64,000 nt of DNA from Felis catus (GCF_018350175.1 NC_058383.1:2604001-2668000); one strand, 5' to 3'; shown: positions 33,749 through 46,494, counted from the first letter of the stretch. Made by a program: numbers and translations. The notes: generated by a model from the sequence alone, not told the origin.

Positions 33749-34800
33749 TAGGTTTCTCACTCTTGACCAGGAATGGTGCCTTGCTTCCCCCAACACCTCG
33801 CTGGGTTCTAGAACATTCTCTGCTTGTGGCTGCTCTGTCTGTGAATCAGGCATCTGCACACGGGCAGATCTTGAATTGTCCAGGTGGGAGACTGCAGTCT
33901 GTGACAAGATGAGGCGACCCTGTCTTTCCCCAGCCAGCCTGATAGGCCTTGTGCCAGAAACTGCCTGTTCAAGGGTATAGGGGAAGCTGGGCAGATCCCC
34001 TCTGACAATTCAGCATCCTTGAGGATAATAGCACAGCGGAGCAAAGCACATCAAATATGTTTAAATCCACAAATTCAAAGCACTTAAAAAAAAAGGAAAC
34101 ATCCCTTGTTGACCGCCTTTAGGGGATGCTATAGTACGAAATCATTCTTTTGAAAACTGATCAATAAAGGGAGGGAAAAAAACCCAAACATTTATCCTGC
34201 CTTTCCTCTGGCAACTCTACCTCGGGCCACTTGACCAAATGGTGGATGAAGGGAGGGTCTGAATAGCAAAGTATTCAAGCTAATTAACGAAGAAGAAGGC
34301 AGACTTCACCCAGAGCCCATCTTGCAGCCTATAATGAATTACTGGGTCTAAGCAGTGGCCACAAACATCCATCCCCACACGACACGAACCAAGCGTTCTG
34401 TGCCCCCAGTGGAAGAGGACACAGCACTACATAATGAGACGTTCTCACCAAACACCAAAACCTGAATCTCATCGAGACTCTAGACCCAAACAGCAATTCA
34501 CAGAAAATGCAGAGGACAAAGGAACGTGTTAAATGACACCATGGAAATGCAGCCATCAAAATGTAAACAGAGGCAAAGTCCATAGTGCAGATGACCCACT
34601 TTCTTCATCAATGAGATGAAGTAATTATTCAACCAGATAATAGCAAGGGAAGGGAGGAGTGTAGATTACAGGATACGTAAGAGAGGTCTACCAAACACAT
34701 CACCGACCTTAGACTCACATTTAAACACGTTAAAAGAAAAATATCCACGACAGAGAACTTTGATCCTTGGCTAGGTAGTTGATGATATTAAGGAATTACT

Positions 34801-34914
34801 GGGTGCCTGGGTGGCTCAGTCAATTAAGTGTCTGACTTCGGCTCAGGTCACCATCTCATGGTTTGTGGTCCAAGCTTCGGATTCTGTGTCTCCCTATCTC
34901 TCTGCCCCTCCCCT

Positions 34915-34949
<35 letters not shown>

Positions 34950-34972
34950 AATAAACATTAAAAAGAAAAAAA
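34801..34972 (+). mobile_element. Can-SINE with internal deletion
   Basis: Head gggtgcctgggtggctcagtc, (CT)n, A tail. TSD gaattact. Confidence 0.92.
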
Positions 34973-35009
34973 GAATTACTGTGACTTTTAGCTGTAATAA
35001 TGCTTATAT

Positions 35010-35215
35010 GTTTTTTTTAATGTTTAGTTATTTTTGAGAGAGACAGAATGCGAGTGGGTTAGGGGCAGAGAGAGAGGGAGACACAGAATCCAAAGCAGGC
35101 TCCAGGCTCTGAGCCATCAGCACAAAGCCCGACGTGGAGCTCGAACTCACGAGCCGTGAGATCACAACCTGAGCCAAAGTTGGACACTCAACCGACTGAG
35201 CCACCCAGGCACCCC
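35010..35215 (-). mobile_element. Can-SINE
   Basis: TSD aatgcttat at 34999-35007 and 35216-35224. Confidence 0.94.
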
Positions 35216-35401
35216 AATGCTTATGTCTTTAAAGATGCATACTGAAATATTTACAGGTTAAATGATAAAATGCCTGGCATTTGTCTCAAAAGAATCCAGA
35301 GCCCATAGGAAATGGGGAGAAGAGGGCATGAAATAGAACTGGCCTCGAGTTGGAACCCACTCAACTTCTTGGGATGGTGGGAGTGTTCTTTCTGTGTGGC
35401 C

Positions 35402-35473
35402 CAATATGGCCGCCACTAGCCACCAGTGGTTACTGAGCAATATGGCGGCCGCTAACCACCAGTCGTTACTAGA
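35402..35473 (+). repeat. 36-bp tandem duplication of a MER3/MER33-like terminal segment
   Basis: caatatggccgccactagccaccagtggttact versus caatatggcggccgctaaccaccagtcgttact. Confidence 0.75.
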
Positions 35474-36622
35474 TGGGCCTGTCACTGACTCAGTTTAGAT
35501 TTTAAAAATCCATGCCTTTCTCAACCCGGTGGCGTTAAGCAGGCTGAATCCAAGGACCACCTATAATGAGGTGAGAGACCCAGGCTCTGGGCCCAGCCAC
35601 ATCTCCCAGGCTGCAGGACTTTGGGAAAGTCACTGGACCTTATTTGTCTCCTGTTCCTCTGCTGATACCCGGGGGCCCTCACCCCAAAGCTCCTGCCACT
35701 ACGCCTCACCCATTCGCCCTGGGGTTGCCCACAAGATCGCAGGAGACACGGTCAGAGGCCCTGTGAACATGGCAAAGCCCCCATGAGTCTAAGGATGTTG
35801 CGCATTCATTTATCCAAGCCACGGTAGGAGACTGACATGTCGGGTGTGAAAGACCAGTGGGGGCCGGTGAGAACTGGGAGATTCATGGCTTCATTGAAAC
35901 CATCCCAGGTTAAATCTCCTTCTCAGTGAATTTCCTGGGGAGAGTTCAGGGCTGCGGTCCAGCTAACAAATTCATTCCTTTGCTTCGACTCTGAACTAAT
36001 TTCTGGGTCGGCCTCAAAGCCAGTCTCCCAGGAGCCCTGCCTGGGAGCTGTCTGAGCCCTTAGCCCTCTAGCCCTCCCCCACCTCAACCCTGCAGATGGT
36101 GCTGCTCCTCGCCCCTCCCCTGCTCACCCCCATCCGCTGCACTACCTGCAGCCGAGCCCTGAAGGGTGGGACTCATGCTCATCGGGGCGGGGGTGCCCAC
36201 TCAGTTCTCCAAGGGGAAGCCAGCCCCCCCACCCCTGCCTCATTCTTTGTCCAGAGAAGGGGGTGGGGCAACGGGGGTTGAAGCAGAGAGGCCGTGCCTC
36301 CTGTTCTAAACTGACTCCCCTTTGGAAAGAAGGGAGCAGACAGAGGAGATAAACAGGGGAACAGCAGAAACATCCCTGCACGGTTAAACAGGACAAAGGC
36401 TCAGCTAGGCCCTGAGAGTCAGCCATCAGGCTTGAGGAGTATTCCTAAGACTGATTCCGGCGGGGGAAGGGGACGTGTTAAATGGAAATGCGACAAACCT
36501 GTGCCATTGATACTCCGTCAAGTTCCATGCTGGAAATCTCCCGTGTTTTGAAAGGAAGGGTGTTCTGCGTCTCACCGTTCTGCGGTGCCCCACTCGATGC
36601 CATTAAGGGGGACAGAATAGAA

Positions 36623-36824
36623 GGGGCGCCCCGGTGGCTCAGTGGGTTGGGCGTTCGACTTCGACTCAGGTCATGATCTCATGGTTCATGAGTTCGAGCC
36701 CTGCATCGGGCTCTGTGCTGACAGCTCGGAGCCTGGAGCTGCTTTGGATTCTGTGCCTCCCTCTCTCTCTGCTCCTCCTCCTTTCTCTCTTTCTCAAAAA
36801 TAACTAAACGTTAAGGGGAAAAAA
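36623..36824 (+). mobile_element. Can-SINE
   Basis: ggggcgccccggtggctcagtggg head and SINEC body. Confidence 0.93.
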
Positions 36825-37614
36825 GGTGCCAACCGAGAGACGTGGTCTGGAGATGTTCTGGCTGGATCCTGAGAACCCAGTTCAGGTCTACACTGGCTCC
36901 TGGAGATGATTTGAAGTCTAACTGGTCGAGGAGAGGTGATTACACTCACCCTGGGGAAGTCTGTCAGATTCCTGGTTGAAAAAGCTGGGAAATAATGTTG
37001 GAGGGTTGGGGGGCCTCCTCCAGGAGAGGGCCTTTCTGGATCCTTCCTTCCCTTGCCAAGAAGAAGCCGAGATCACCCAGGCGATGGGGACGGGGACGGG
37101 TCCAGCCTGACTGCATCTTGGGAACTGCCAGATCCAGGGCTCTGGTGGGCGTCCCCATGGACGAGCCTGGCGTCCTGCCTCGGAAGTCTAGTCCCTGCCT
37201 TTGGCTCGCGGACCCGGCTGTGCCTAGCGGGCTGTGCCAACACCTCACCGCAGATGGGAGAGCAGGTCGGCTTAGACAGACACTGTGAACAGGCCACACA
37301 CCCGGGGAAGCAGTGGACGGACATGGGGCTCCCAGGTCAGGCGCCAGAGGGAGTGAGTGACTTCTAGAACTTTCCTGAAGCAGCTGGAGGCTGCTGCTAT
37401 TGCCAACCTCACCCCCCCCAACTTTTTTTTTTATTTTTAATTTGTTTGAGGTCCATTTCCAGAAATGCAAGATTGTTTGTGGGACACATTTCTCATGACA
37501 CACCTTGATTTTACGAAATTATTATTAAAGATTGCAATACCTGTGTTTGTTACGACTTCGCCGGCCTCGTCCCTTGCAGTAGCTAATAAACCAACACAAC
37601 CCTTCACCCCCTGC

Positions 37615-37850
37615 ACGAAGCTCCTAGAGGAGTCAAATTCCTAGAGACCCAAAGTAGTAAAGGGACTGGGGGAGGCAGGTGGGGAGTCAGCGCTCAATGG
37701 ATGCAGAGTTTGGGAGGATGACAACGTCCTGAGGATCGATGGTGTGACGGTGGCACAGCCATGCGGATGGACATAATGCCACAGAACTGTGCACTTACAG
37801 ATGACGAAGGTGGTGAAGCCACGCCACACGGGCTGCGTTTTACCGCAAGG
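37615..37850 (+). mobile_element. L1MB-like 3' terminal fragment
   Basis: gtcaaattcctagagaccc...cataatgccacagaactgtgcactta. Confidence 0.65.
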
Positions 37851-38052
37851 GAGCAGGGCGAAGTCACACGCGTAGATACTGCAGCGGTAAGAGTAACAGA
37901 AGTCTCCGGGGCGCTGTGAGGGTGAAGCGGGCTAGTATGTAACGACCCCAGAATGTGCCCAGGACAGAGCGATGCTGGGCAATCGCGGGCCGTGACAACC
38001 GAAGGCGACCCTATTGAAATCGCCCCGGGCGGCCTGGACGCCGCGCCCCCGG

Positions 38053-38087
38053 CTGCACTCCTCGTGGAGTCCAGCAGAGGGCGACAG
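38053..38087 (+). promoter_or_regulatory. CTCF site with upstream motif (predicted)
   Basis: Core CCAGCAGAGGGCGA at 38071-38084, preceded by CTGCACTCC at 38053 (18 bp offset). Confidence 0.6.
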
Positions 38088-38279
38088 CTGAAGCCCGTCC
38101 CGGACGGGGGAGAGGGCTCCAGGGAGCCCTTCTTTCCTCCGTGTTCTCAGCGCTCTGGTTGCTCCTCGGTGGGGGGGTCAGCGTCTCCGTTTGCCTTATC
38201 CTGGCAGAAGCCCAGCCCAGAAAGCACCTCTTTGTGCGGGCGGGGCGGGCCCGGCCGCGGAAATAAGACGCCCTGTGAA

Positions 38280-38560
38280 CAGAGGCATTTAGCTGTCACG
38301 ATTCTGGCGGCTGGAGGTCCAGGATCAAGGCGCGGGCAGATCTGGGGGCCGGTGAGGCCTGAGGCCCGGTTCCCAGCTGGCACTTCGGGCCATGCCCCGC
38401 CTCGCATGGTGGAGGGGACGAGGGAGGGTGTGGGGTCTCATCTTCATAAGGGCACTAACCCCACTCCGGAGGGCTCCACCCCACACACAACCACCTCCTG
38501 GCCCTGTCACCTTGGGCCTCAGGGTCACAGCATGTGAGTTTGGGGACGACACATTCACGA
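38280..38560 (-). mobile_element. MLT1A/B-like MaLR LTR
   Basis: catttagctgtcacgattctggcggctggaggtccaggatcaagg...cttcataagggcactaacccca...catgtgagtttggggacgacacattca. Confidence 0.75.
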
Positions 38561-38724
38561 GGAGCGTTGGCCGGCACGATGGGGTATTCCCTCCCCGGGC
38601 TGTTCTTCAGACGAGGCAGATCTGGAGACTTCCTCCCTTCCTCCCTCCCCTCCTTCAGGGCTGCTCATTAGTGGAGTCCCGACGGGAGCCCCTCAGGGAA
38701 GGGGTGCTCCAGCCGTGATGTGCA

Positions 38725-38830
38725 CCCAGAGCGCCTGAAGACCTGGAGACGGTGACTGACTCAGCAGGTGTGGGTTTCTAGCAAGTTCCGGCTGATGCCG
38801 GTGCTTGGACCACACCTCAAGCGGCAAGTC
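38725..38830. mobile_element. MER5-like hAT remnant
   Basis: tgactcagcaggtgtggg...ctagcaagttccggctgatgcc...ggaccacacctc. Confidence 0.45.
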
Positions 38831-39275
38831 GGAGACTCAGAATGCCGCTGCGATGGCCGGGGGGAGTCCCGGGCGGGGGGGGGGGGGGAAGAGACGCAGT
38901 GGGCATCTCGCCCCACAGGGCCTGGGATGGACCTCTCCAGCCCTGTCACCGCTACTGGTCAGCGGAGAAACCTCGCTGGCTCCACCCCTGGCACATGCTG
39001 AGGTCGGGCTCCGGAAGAGGCAGGACCAATTAGGAGCTCTCCTCAGATCCCACTCAACCTGAACTGCCTAGGGCATCAATAAAGCCCCAGGGAGTGCCCG
39101 GAGCGATAGAAAGTTCCAGACGCACCTCACAAAGACCTGTCTGTTTACTCATCTGTGGAATGTTCCCTCCTAACAAGGTAAAAAGTGACTTGCCCTCCCT
39201 CCACCCGGCCTAAGCCTCTAACTAGAACTTTCCTGGGTGCCCGAACCGCTCTCTCTCTTGCCCACACTGGCGCGT

Positions 39276-39276
<1 letters not shown>

Positions 39277-39311
<35 letters not shown>
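39277..39311. repeat. (CA)n microsatellite
   Basis: Direct reading. Confidence 0.95.
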
Positions 39312-39313
<2 letters not shown>

Positions 39314-40774
39314 TGCTCCCAGGAGATTGGGGTGAGTTATTTGCTGTGGGTTAAGGGGGGAGGCATGGGAGCCTGAGGCCGGAGAGATGGTTGCTCCCCT
39401 ACACTGTCCTGCTGGCTGACATTTCCCGCCCCTCCCTGCACACTCACAGCCGGGCTTTCTGAAGAATTCTCTGGAATTCTCCTGAGCATCGGGCCACGGC
39501 TCCATCTGTCCCCAGAGCAGACACCCTCCTTCTCTAACGCGCAGGGAGCTTCCCAGGAAAGTGACCGTGGAGCAGTCACACACACCCCTGCGGCCCAGAG
39601 CCTGCTGCAGAACCAAGGGTTAACTTGCAAGGCAGTTAGCAGAAATCAAAGAGTTGTACCCTCTCGTGATTCATCACAGACAGGGGCAGGATCAGGGCTG
39701 TCGCTGACACTTTGTATGCAGTCATGTGTCATTACCGTCTCGTGAATGCTGACATCGGTGCATTTTCTCTTCCACGGAATCTGTAACTTGTCGGTACAAT
39801 GGAGGTTTGGTACCAGAACTTTCCCTAAATGTTTTCCAGAGTCTTTCCCGCGTGTTGCCTCAGAGGAGTTTAATAACTACTGTGTTTGTGGGAAATCCCT
39901 CCCTGTTCTAATCGCCTCCCGCAGGACAAGGCTGATGCTCCAGCTTGCCTGGGGGTCGTGCGCACCCCAGCAAGGCCGGGTTATCCACGACTGGAATGCA
40001 CGCGGAATCGTCCGAAGACAGCGTCTGCTTGACCCGAGTGGGCAGGACACAAGGGCGGTGCCTGGCTCTCAGAGGCCCCCTCCTCTCTCTGACTTCCTCC
40101 GGCCTCTTCTCTCCGGCTGGCATCCAGAGCTCCAGCCCGAGCAGGACAGAGGTCGGGGTGACAGAGAAAGCCCCGGGAGTGGGGACTGACCTTAGGGGCA
40201 CCAAGAAGGCGTGTCAGGCCCCACCCTTCTGGACAAAACCTCAGTAAAGCAGGGCACCTGCCTGGTGCTTCCCAGCTCAGGACGCAAAGGAGGGTCTGAG
40301 GCCCCTCTGATCCCAACGTCCCCAGGACATAGTCATGGGACCGTCACCTGGCCCCACACTTTGTCCCTGTCAGGATTCTACTGTCCACGGAGGCGGGGAT
40401 GAGCCAGGCAGCCGGGGGACGTGGAGGGAGTGGGGGCCCTGCTAGAAAGAACTCCCCCAGCAAGGTTGCACAAAGAGACTTATTCACACATCAGTGAGCC
40501 CTGAAATCCCACAAAAACAACAGTGACAGATGAGGCAGCAGCCTGTGAGAGAGAAGGGCCTGAGGCTGGCCCCAGGCTCCTGCCTGGGTGGCTCGGGCCA
40601 CCTGATGTCCTCCCTGCCCGCCCCAGCCGGTGGGGGACTCTCCGAGGGGGACAGGGGCAGAAGCCCCTGAAAGTGAGTCCCAGAAACCCCCTTGGGCAAC
40701 TCAGCGCTAGCTAGGAGCCTGGTGCTGAGGTCAGATCCGGATTGTAAATCCAGCTCCCACGCTTGGCAGCTGTG

Positions 40775-41160
40775 ATGTGTTGAAGTCCTACCCCCAGTAC
40801 CTGTGACTGTCACTTCATTTGGACCTAGGGTGTTTGCAGAGGGGACCAGGCAAAGATGAGGTCATTAGCTGCGCCCTAATCCAGCATGACCTGGAAGGGC
40901 AATCTGGACTCACACAGCGAGGAGGCGATGTGAAGAGGCAGAGGGGTCGCTGTGTGAAGGTCGGATCGATGTGGCCACAAACCAAAGAGCATCAGGGGCT
41001 GCCAGAGACTGGAAGAGGCCAGGAAGGCCTCCCCTAAAGGTTTCGGAGGCAGGGCCCCCACCCGGGTTTCCGGCTTTTGATCTCCAGTCTGGGAGGCGGT
41101 ACATGCTGTCCTAAGTCACTGAGTCTGTGGTGCTCGGTTAGGGTGACCCCAGGAACCGAG
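40775..41160 (+). mobile_element. MLT1B/C-like MaLR LTR
   Basis: cccagtacctgtgactgtcacttcatttgga...gatgaggtcatt...ccctaatccagcatgac...gccagagactggaagaggccaggaagg. Confidence 0.75.
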
Positions 41161-41504
41161 GATAGTCGTAGAGTCATGATGGCTGAGGAGAGGATAATAC
41201 CAACCCCTAAGTTGTCCTGGGATCTTCTCGGATCGTTAAAAATGCTTAGTAACCTGCTGGGCACGGGGGACAGGCCTGGAGCTGGCATTTTCTGTCCCCT
41301 GGGGCTGGAGGGCCCTTTTCCTAAACCAGATGAATATTAGGTTGACCTTAGCGTGGCACCACTCCAATTTTATTTCATGATATTTTATTTTGCTGGCTGA
41401 GAGTAGAAGGGCAGGGAACTCAGAAACCCTAAATGGAAATGTATGTAAAATTTGAAATGCACTTTAGACTGTGGAGCCAAGAGCCCTGGAATGTTCCAGC
41501 TCGT

Positions 41505-41507
<3 letters not shown>

Positions 41508-41586
<79 letters not shown>
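41508..41586. repeat. Compound (CT)n-(CA)n microsatellite
   Basis: Direct reading. Confidence 0.95.
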
Positions 41587-41589
<3 letters not shown>

Positions 41590-43006
41590 TTGCACCGCAG
41601 GGTAAGAAGCCGGCTGTGGCTGCGGCCCAAGCTCCTGAGGAAGGCAGAGAGAGAGGACCCGGCAGGTGGCTGTGACTGCCCTCCTGGTTCTTAACAGAGG
41701 CAGGAGAGGGTTGCCCATTCCTTCCTCAGTAAACCATCCCCTCTCTTTTCCTGTGTCTGTCTTCCCTCCCCCCCTTCCCAAGAGCCCCCACCTTGCAGAG
41801 ATCCCTGGTTCCTGTATACCTCTAGCAGCAGAGTAATTAAATGTTTCAAATGGTTCTTATCCATGGTTAAGTGAAGATAAAATTTTAATGATTTAATTAG
41901 CAAGCTCAAGGAAAAAAAATCATAAGGAAGAAAGGTGTTTGCAACTGTCCGGGGCTTTGAGCATTTCTTGTGATGCTGTGGAACGGCAGGACGGGCCTGA
42001 GATGTTCATTGTCTTACTGCCCTCAAGCGGGGGCCCCGCATGGCCCCCAGGGTGGCCGGGAGCAGGGGGGCTCTCATCTGCGTGAAGGGGCTGCCCCCAG
42101 GTGCAATGGGGAGGGGGGTCCCCAGAAAGGACTGCCGATAGGCCTCAGCGGGCCCATGAACTTGAAACCAAGTGGAAGCACCTGATGTTGTGCTCCAAAG
42201 CCCACTCTAGAACACGGCCCACTTTTCACACGCTTTCGTGACATTTTTCCACTCTCCTTTCAGGGTACAGCTCTCTGATTTCCAGCGCGGGGAACCGATC
42301 TACTTCCAGCCACGTTCGTGTGCGGAGTTTGCCAAAGGAAACCCTCGTTGCGTTGAGGGGGGCACGGGGTTTGAGCGGGAAGATTAATCGCCTCGTTTGA
42401 AGATTTGTGGTGTTTCCTCTCCGGAGGCTCCCTTCTTTGAAAGTGCAATGTTTTTCTTTGCGCCAAGAAGCCGGCGGTGAGAGCTCCCATCTCGGGAGGA
42501 CCTTTCTCCGGGAGGCGCTGCCCTGCCCACGCGGCCCCCACAGCGACAGGCTTCACGCTCCCTGCCCCACCTCCCGTGGCCGCTCCACGGGGTCCCTGAA
42601 TGGCCTTGTCGTGTTCACTGAGCGGGAAGCATCGTGTCCTGAAAAGCCAGCGGACGGCGGCTCCCTGGCCGGCTCTGGCGGACGAAACGGCGACGGGCGC
42701 TCCCAGCTGCTTCCAGAACTGTCTCTGGAAACGGAGTGGCCTGTGCCCACTGCCGGCACCGACTAGAGATGGAACCACAGGGGTGTCCTGTGCTCCCTTG
42801 AGCAGACGATGCCTGCGTGCACAGGGCTCCTGTCCAGCTGCCCCGAGCCCAAGACCCTGTGTTTGTATCACACGTGTGCCGAGCGCAGGGGACCAACCAG
42901 ACGGTTTGGCAAGCGTCTTCATACACAGGAGGGTCACCTGCCGAGTGCCACGGCTGTGCACGTCCACCCCTTTCTCACTGCTCTTTTCCCTCCCTGACCT
43001 CACCAT

Positions 43007-43811
43007 TGGTATTAATCGTGTTTTTTATTTTCTGTGTTCTGATGCTTCGAGATCTTGGGGTTTTGCCCACCCTTACAGGGACTGTCCCTCCAGGGCTCGC
43101 TAATTCCTAGAGATGACCAAAACTGGCCTGTGAGCATGTCCTTCAAATGCAGACCAACCCACCTGGAGCCCACACGGCACCCCCCCACCAACCTCCACGG
43201 GGCTCTCACGCTCTAGGCCACTGTCCCCCTGCCCTAAGCTGCCAGGGCCAGAGACTAGACAGCCAGGGATAGCCCCTATGTCTGAACTTCACTGAAGTTA
43301 TTCCAAGCAGCCTGTCCTAAGCCTGCCCACCCCACCTTGTCCGTTCCTCCCACAGAAAGCACAATAAAGGCTCTGGCCCATGTTTCTCCCCCCACCCCCT
43401 CCCCGCTCCCTCTCTCTGCCACTTGACTGACCCTGGTTCTCCCTGGCGTAGCTCTGAGTGACACACAGCCTCCTGTTCTGTGCATGCGGGTATAAAAACT
43501 TCATTCATGCGGGCCCTTTTCTTTTTTTTTTTTTTCAACGTTTATTTATTTTTGGGACAGAGAGAGACAGAGCATGAACGGGGGAGGGGCAGAGAGAGAG
43601 GGAGACACAGATTAGGAAACAGGCTCCAGGCTTTGAGCCATCAGCCCGGAGCCTGACGCGGGGCTCGAACTCACGGACCGCGAGATCGTGACCTGGCTGA
43701 AGTCGGACGCTTAACCGACTGCGCCACCCAGGCGCCCCAATGCGGGCCCTTTTCATGTCTGTGTTTCTGCCCACACCTGATCAAAGCAACTCCCGGCTAC
43801 CCTTGAATCCA
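43007..43811 (+). mobile_element. MER74-like ERVL solo LTR interrupted by a SINE
   Basis: ttttttattttctgtgttctgatgct...agggactgtccctccagggctcgctaattcctagaga...aaatgcagaccaacc...acaataaaggctctggccca. Confidence 0.7.
43522..43738 (-). mobile_element. Young feline Can-SINE
   Basis: TSD atgcgggccctttt at 43507-43520 and 43740-43753. Confidence 0.97.
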
Positions 43812-45169
43812 GATCCTTTCTTAGCATCAGACTTTGTAAGCTCAGCCCTGAATGGCTGTCTTGGGGTTGCCTCAGAGCCGCAAATATCCAGACCCACGTT
43901 CCGCTCTTCTTCCCACGAGGCTGGTCTGTACGGGTCACATCACTGAACCAACCTGTCTTTGGCTTCAGAATTGGGCTCAACCAGTGGGGAGCCCCAGAAG
44001 GAGTTCAGAGAGACAGAAGGGGTCAGGGCCTGGTCTGCTGTTGATTTCCCTGGCTCTCTCCTCCCGTGGTGGCCTGGGGCACTCGTGTCCTTCGACTGAA
44101 GTCATAGGTCACCTCAAAATGGTGCTCTCCATGGGCCTCTCTCCGCCCTGGTTCTTGTCTTCCTTCCTGCCCCTTTGGGCCTGGATGTGGGGGCAGCTGC
44201 ACTGTCACTGGCCCTGAGACGCTTCCTGCCCCTGTGGCCCCCCCAGCAGACTCCTCATCACTTTGTAGACAGCCTTTCTTAAGCCCTTCTTGAGCAGTCT
44301 TAAGTTGAGCGCAGCATCTTTGCTGGGAAGGTCCTGACAGAGATCGGTGTCTCCCTGTTCCTTGCAACCCACTGTGTGACTTGGGGGTTCGACAGACAGA
44401 CAAGGAGGGCGTCTGCCTCTGAGAGCCCACACTCCGAAACAACGTTGGTGACATTGGGGGTCCTCTCCAGGAGGGATTGGTTCTTTTGTGTCTGCTTTTT
44501 ACCCCCGCCCCCCCCCCCCACACAGCCCCATCCCTTCCTTTCAGAGAGGAGGCCCAGAGATGCAATATTTCTGCCAAAAAGTCTTTTCCTGTCGTTAATA
44601 TGTTAACAAATGCTGTCAAATAACAGTCGCCGTCGACGGAATTTGCTGTTGGCAGGGCCTGCACGCTGCCAGACAAGGTTGTGTCTGTTCCACAAAAGCC
44701 CGGCTTCCTCTGCCAGGAGATCTTGGCATGGGAGGTCACCGAGGCCCGCTGCAGGCCCTACCCGCCCCGTCAACAGCGACAACGCCTCATGCATGAATAA
44801 TGCCTTCGCAGCCTGTTTCTGAATTCCTGCTTGCAAAGAAGGCAGCAGAGATTCCAAGGGGGAAGGTGAGCACCTGCTCCGTGGCAAGGAGAGGTGGGGA
44901 GTGGAGGGAGAGGGGGAGAGGGGGAGAGGGCAGGACAAGCCACACGCATGTGCAAGAAGTATTGTGGACCCGAGAAAGATTCGGGGGAAGTGGAGCTGTC
45001 AACACAAAGCAGATGGGTGGGATCAAAACCAGCGGCGGTGCGAACGGGTCTCAGGGGCTCAGTGCTGGAGCACCACCGGCAGAGAAGAGGCTGGTGTGGC
45101 CGTTGTGCACGGTGTAGATGAGCCAAAACGTGTGCAGTGTGGAGGACTGAGCAAGTCACGGGAAGGGAG

Positions 45170-45790
45170 TGTATCAGTCAGCTATCGGCGTAAAGTTGCT
45201 GTATAACAAACCTCCCCGAAACTCAGAGGCTTAAAACAGCAATTATTTTTTTAATGATTAAAAAATTTTTTCTTTTAATGTTTATTTATTATTGAGAGAG
45301 AGAGGGAGACACAGAATCGGAAGCAGGCTCCAGGCTCCGAGCTGTCAGCACAGAGCCCGACGTGGGGCTCGAGCTCACGAGCCAGGAGATCATCAGCCGA
45401 GCTGAGGTTGGACGCTCAACCCATTGAGCCCCCCGGCGCCCTGAAGACAATTACGTATGCTCACAGGCCTCGGGGTCAGCTGAGGGTTGGATGACCTAGT
45501 CTAGACTTGGCCACAGGGGCTCGATCCACACATCTCTCTTCTTCTCCCTGAGACCGTGGGCGAGCCAGGCATGTTCTGTTTATGACCGTGGCTGGAGGTC
45601 ACAAACGCAGACACGCAGGCACGCTCGAAGCCCAGGCTGAGAACTGGCACGCCTCACGCTTTCCTTCTTCTGTTGCGCAAAGCAAGTCCCACGGGTGACC
45701 CCGCAGCCAGGATGTGGGAGATACTCTCCTCCTCTTTAACGGGAACAGCTGCCAGGTCACGAGGCAAAAGGACTGGATATGCAGGGAGGG
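45170..45790 (-). mobile_element. MLT1-like MaLR LTR split by a SINE
   Basis: tgtatcagtcagctat...gctgtataacaaacctccccgaaactcagaggcttaaaacagcaatt, resuming after 45441. Confidence 0.7.
45246..45441 (-). mobile_element. Can-SINE
   Basis: Reverse SINEC body. Confidence 0.92.
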
Positions 45791-46312
45791 GAGGGCCTGG
45801 GCCAGTGGTGGCGGAACGGGAGAGAGGCGGGGACAAAGTGGGAGGCTTGGTGTCTGTGGAAATTAGGAGGCGGGGCAACTGAATCTAACTTCACATCTGA
45901 ACCTTCAGACTATTCCAGAAGACGTTTGCAAAGCTTCCTCGGGGTTAGTGAACTCACATAGCACTCCGAGAGTCTCCACCTCAAGTAGCCTCCCCCCAGT
46001 GGGCATCTTCCCGGAAAGCATGCTCTCTTTCTCTGTGTTCTTTCTGCATCGTCCCTCTGACCCTCAGGTGTTCTCCCAACACCAGAATGACTCGGGTGAT
46101 CCACAAGTCCAGAAGCCAGGAGGTCACAGTGAAAACTCTTTGCCCAGGCCCTTGCTGGGTAGGACACAATCTTACCTAAATCCCGGTGTGTTCCCCCCAA
46201 ATGCAACCCAGATAGGTCCCCACACCCTATATGGCCGTGTCCAGTAGTGTTGTGTTGATGGAAAGAAGCCATCAGATAACACTAATTAAAAATGATTCCA
46301 ATATGGAGGGGG

Positions 46313-46494
46313 GTGTGTGCCTGGGAGGCTCAGTCGGTTGAGCGTCTGACTCTTGATTTCAGCTCAGATCATGATCCCAGGGTCGTGGGATCGAGCCCCA
46401 CATCAGGTTCTGCCCCCAGTGTGGAGCCCGCTTAAGATTCTCTCTCTCCCCCAGCCCCTCTCCCCTGCTCTCACTCCCTCTCTCTAAAATAATA
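46313..46494 (+). mobile_element. Older Can-SINE
   Basis: TSD aaaaat(g/a)attcc(a/g)atat at 46288-46304 and 46495-46511. Confidence 0.92.

Larger units (their letters stand above)
34090..35390 (+). mobile_element. L1ME-like 3' fragments interrupted by two SINEs
   Basis: aaacctgaatctcatcgagactctagaccca...gatgatattaaggaattact...gatgcatactgaaatatttacagg. Confidence 0.55.

Noticed and set aside
39890..39899. Isolated kB consensus GGGAAATCCC (another at 56250-56259) and GAS-like TTCCTGGAA sites at 47309 and ~55182
   Set aside because: Single short motifs without supporting context are expected by chance in 64 kb.
42260..44739. 248 aa and 238 aa minus-strand ORFs
   Set aside because: No recognisable domain or exon structure, and long ORFs are expected by chance in GC-rich DNA. 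A BLASTX/PhyloCSF run would settle it.
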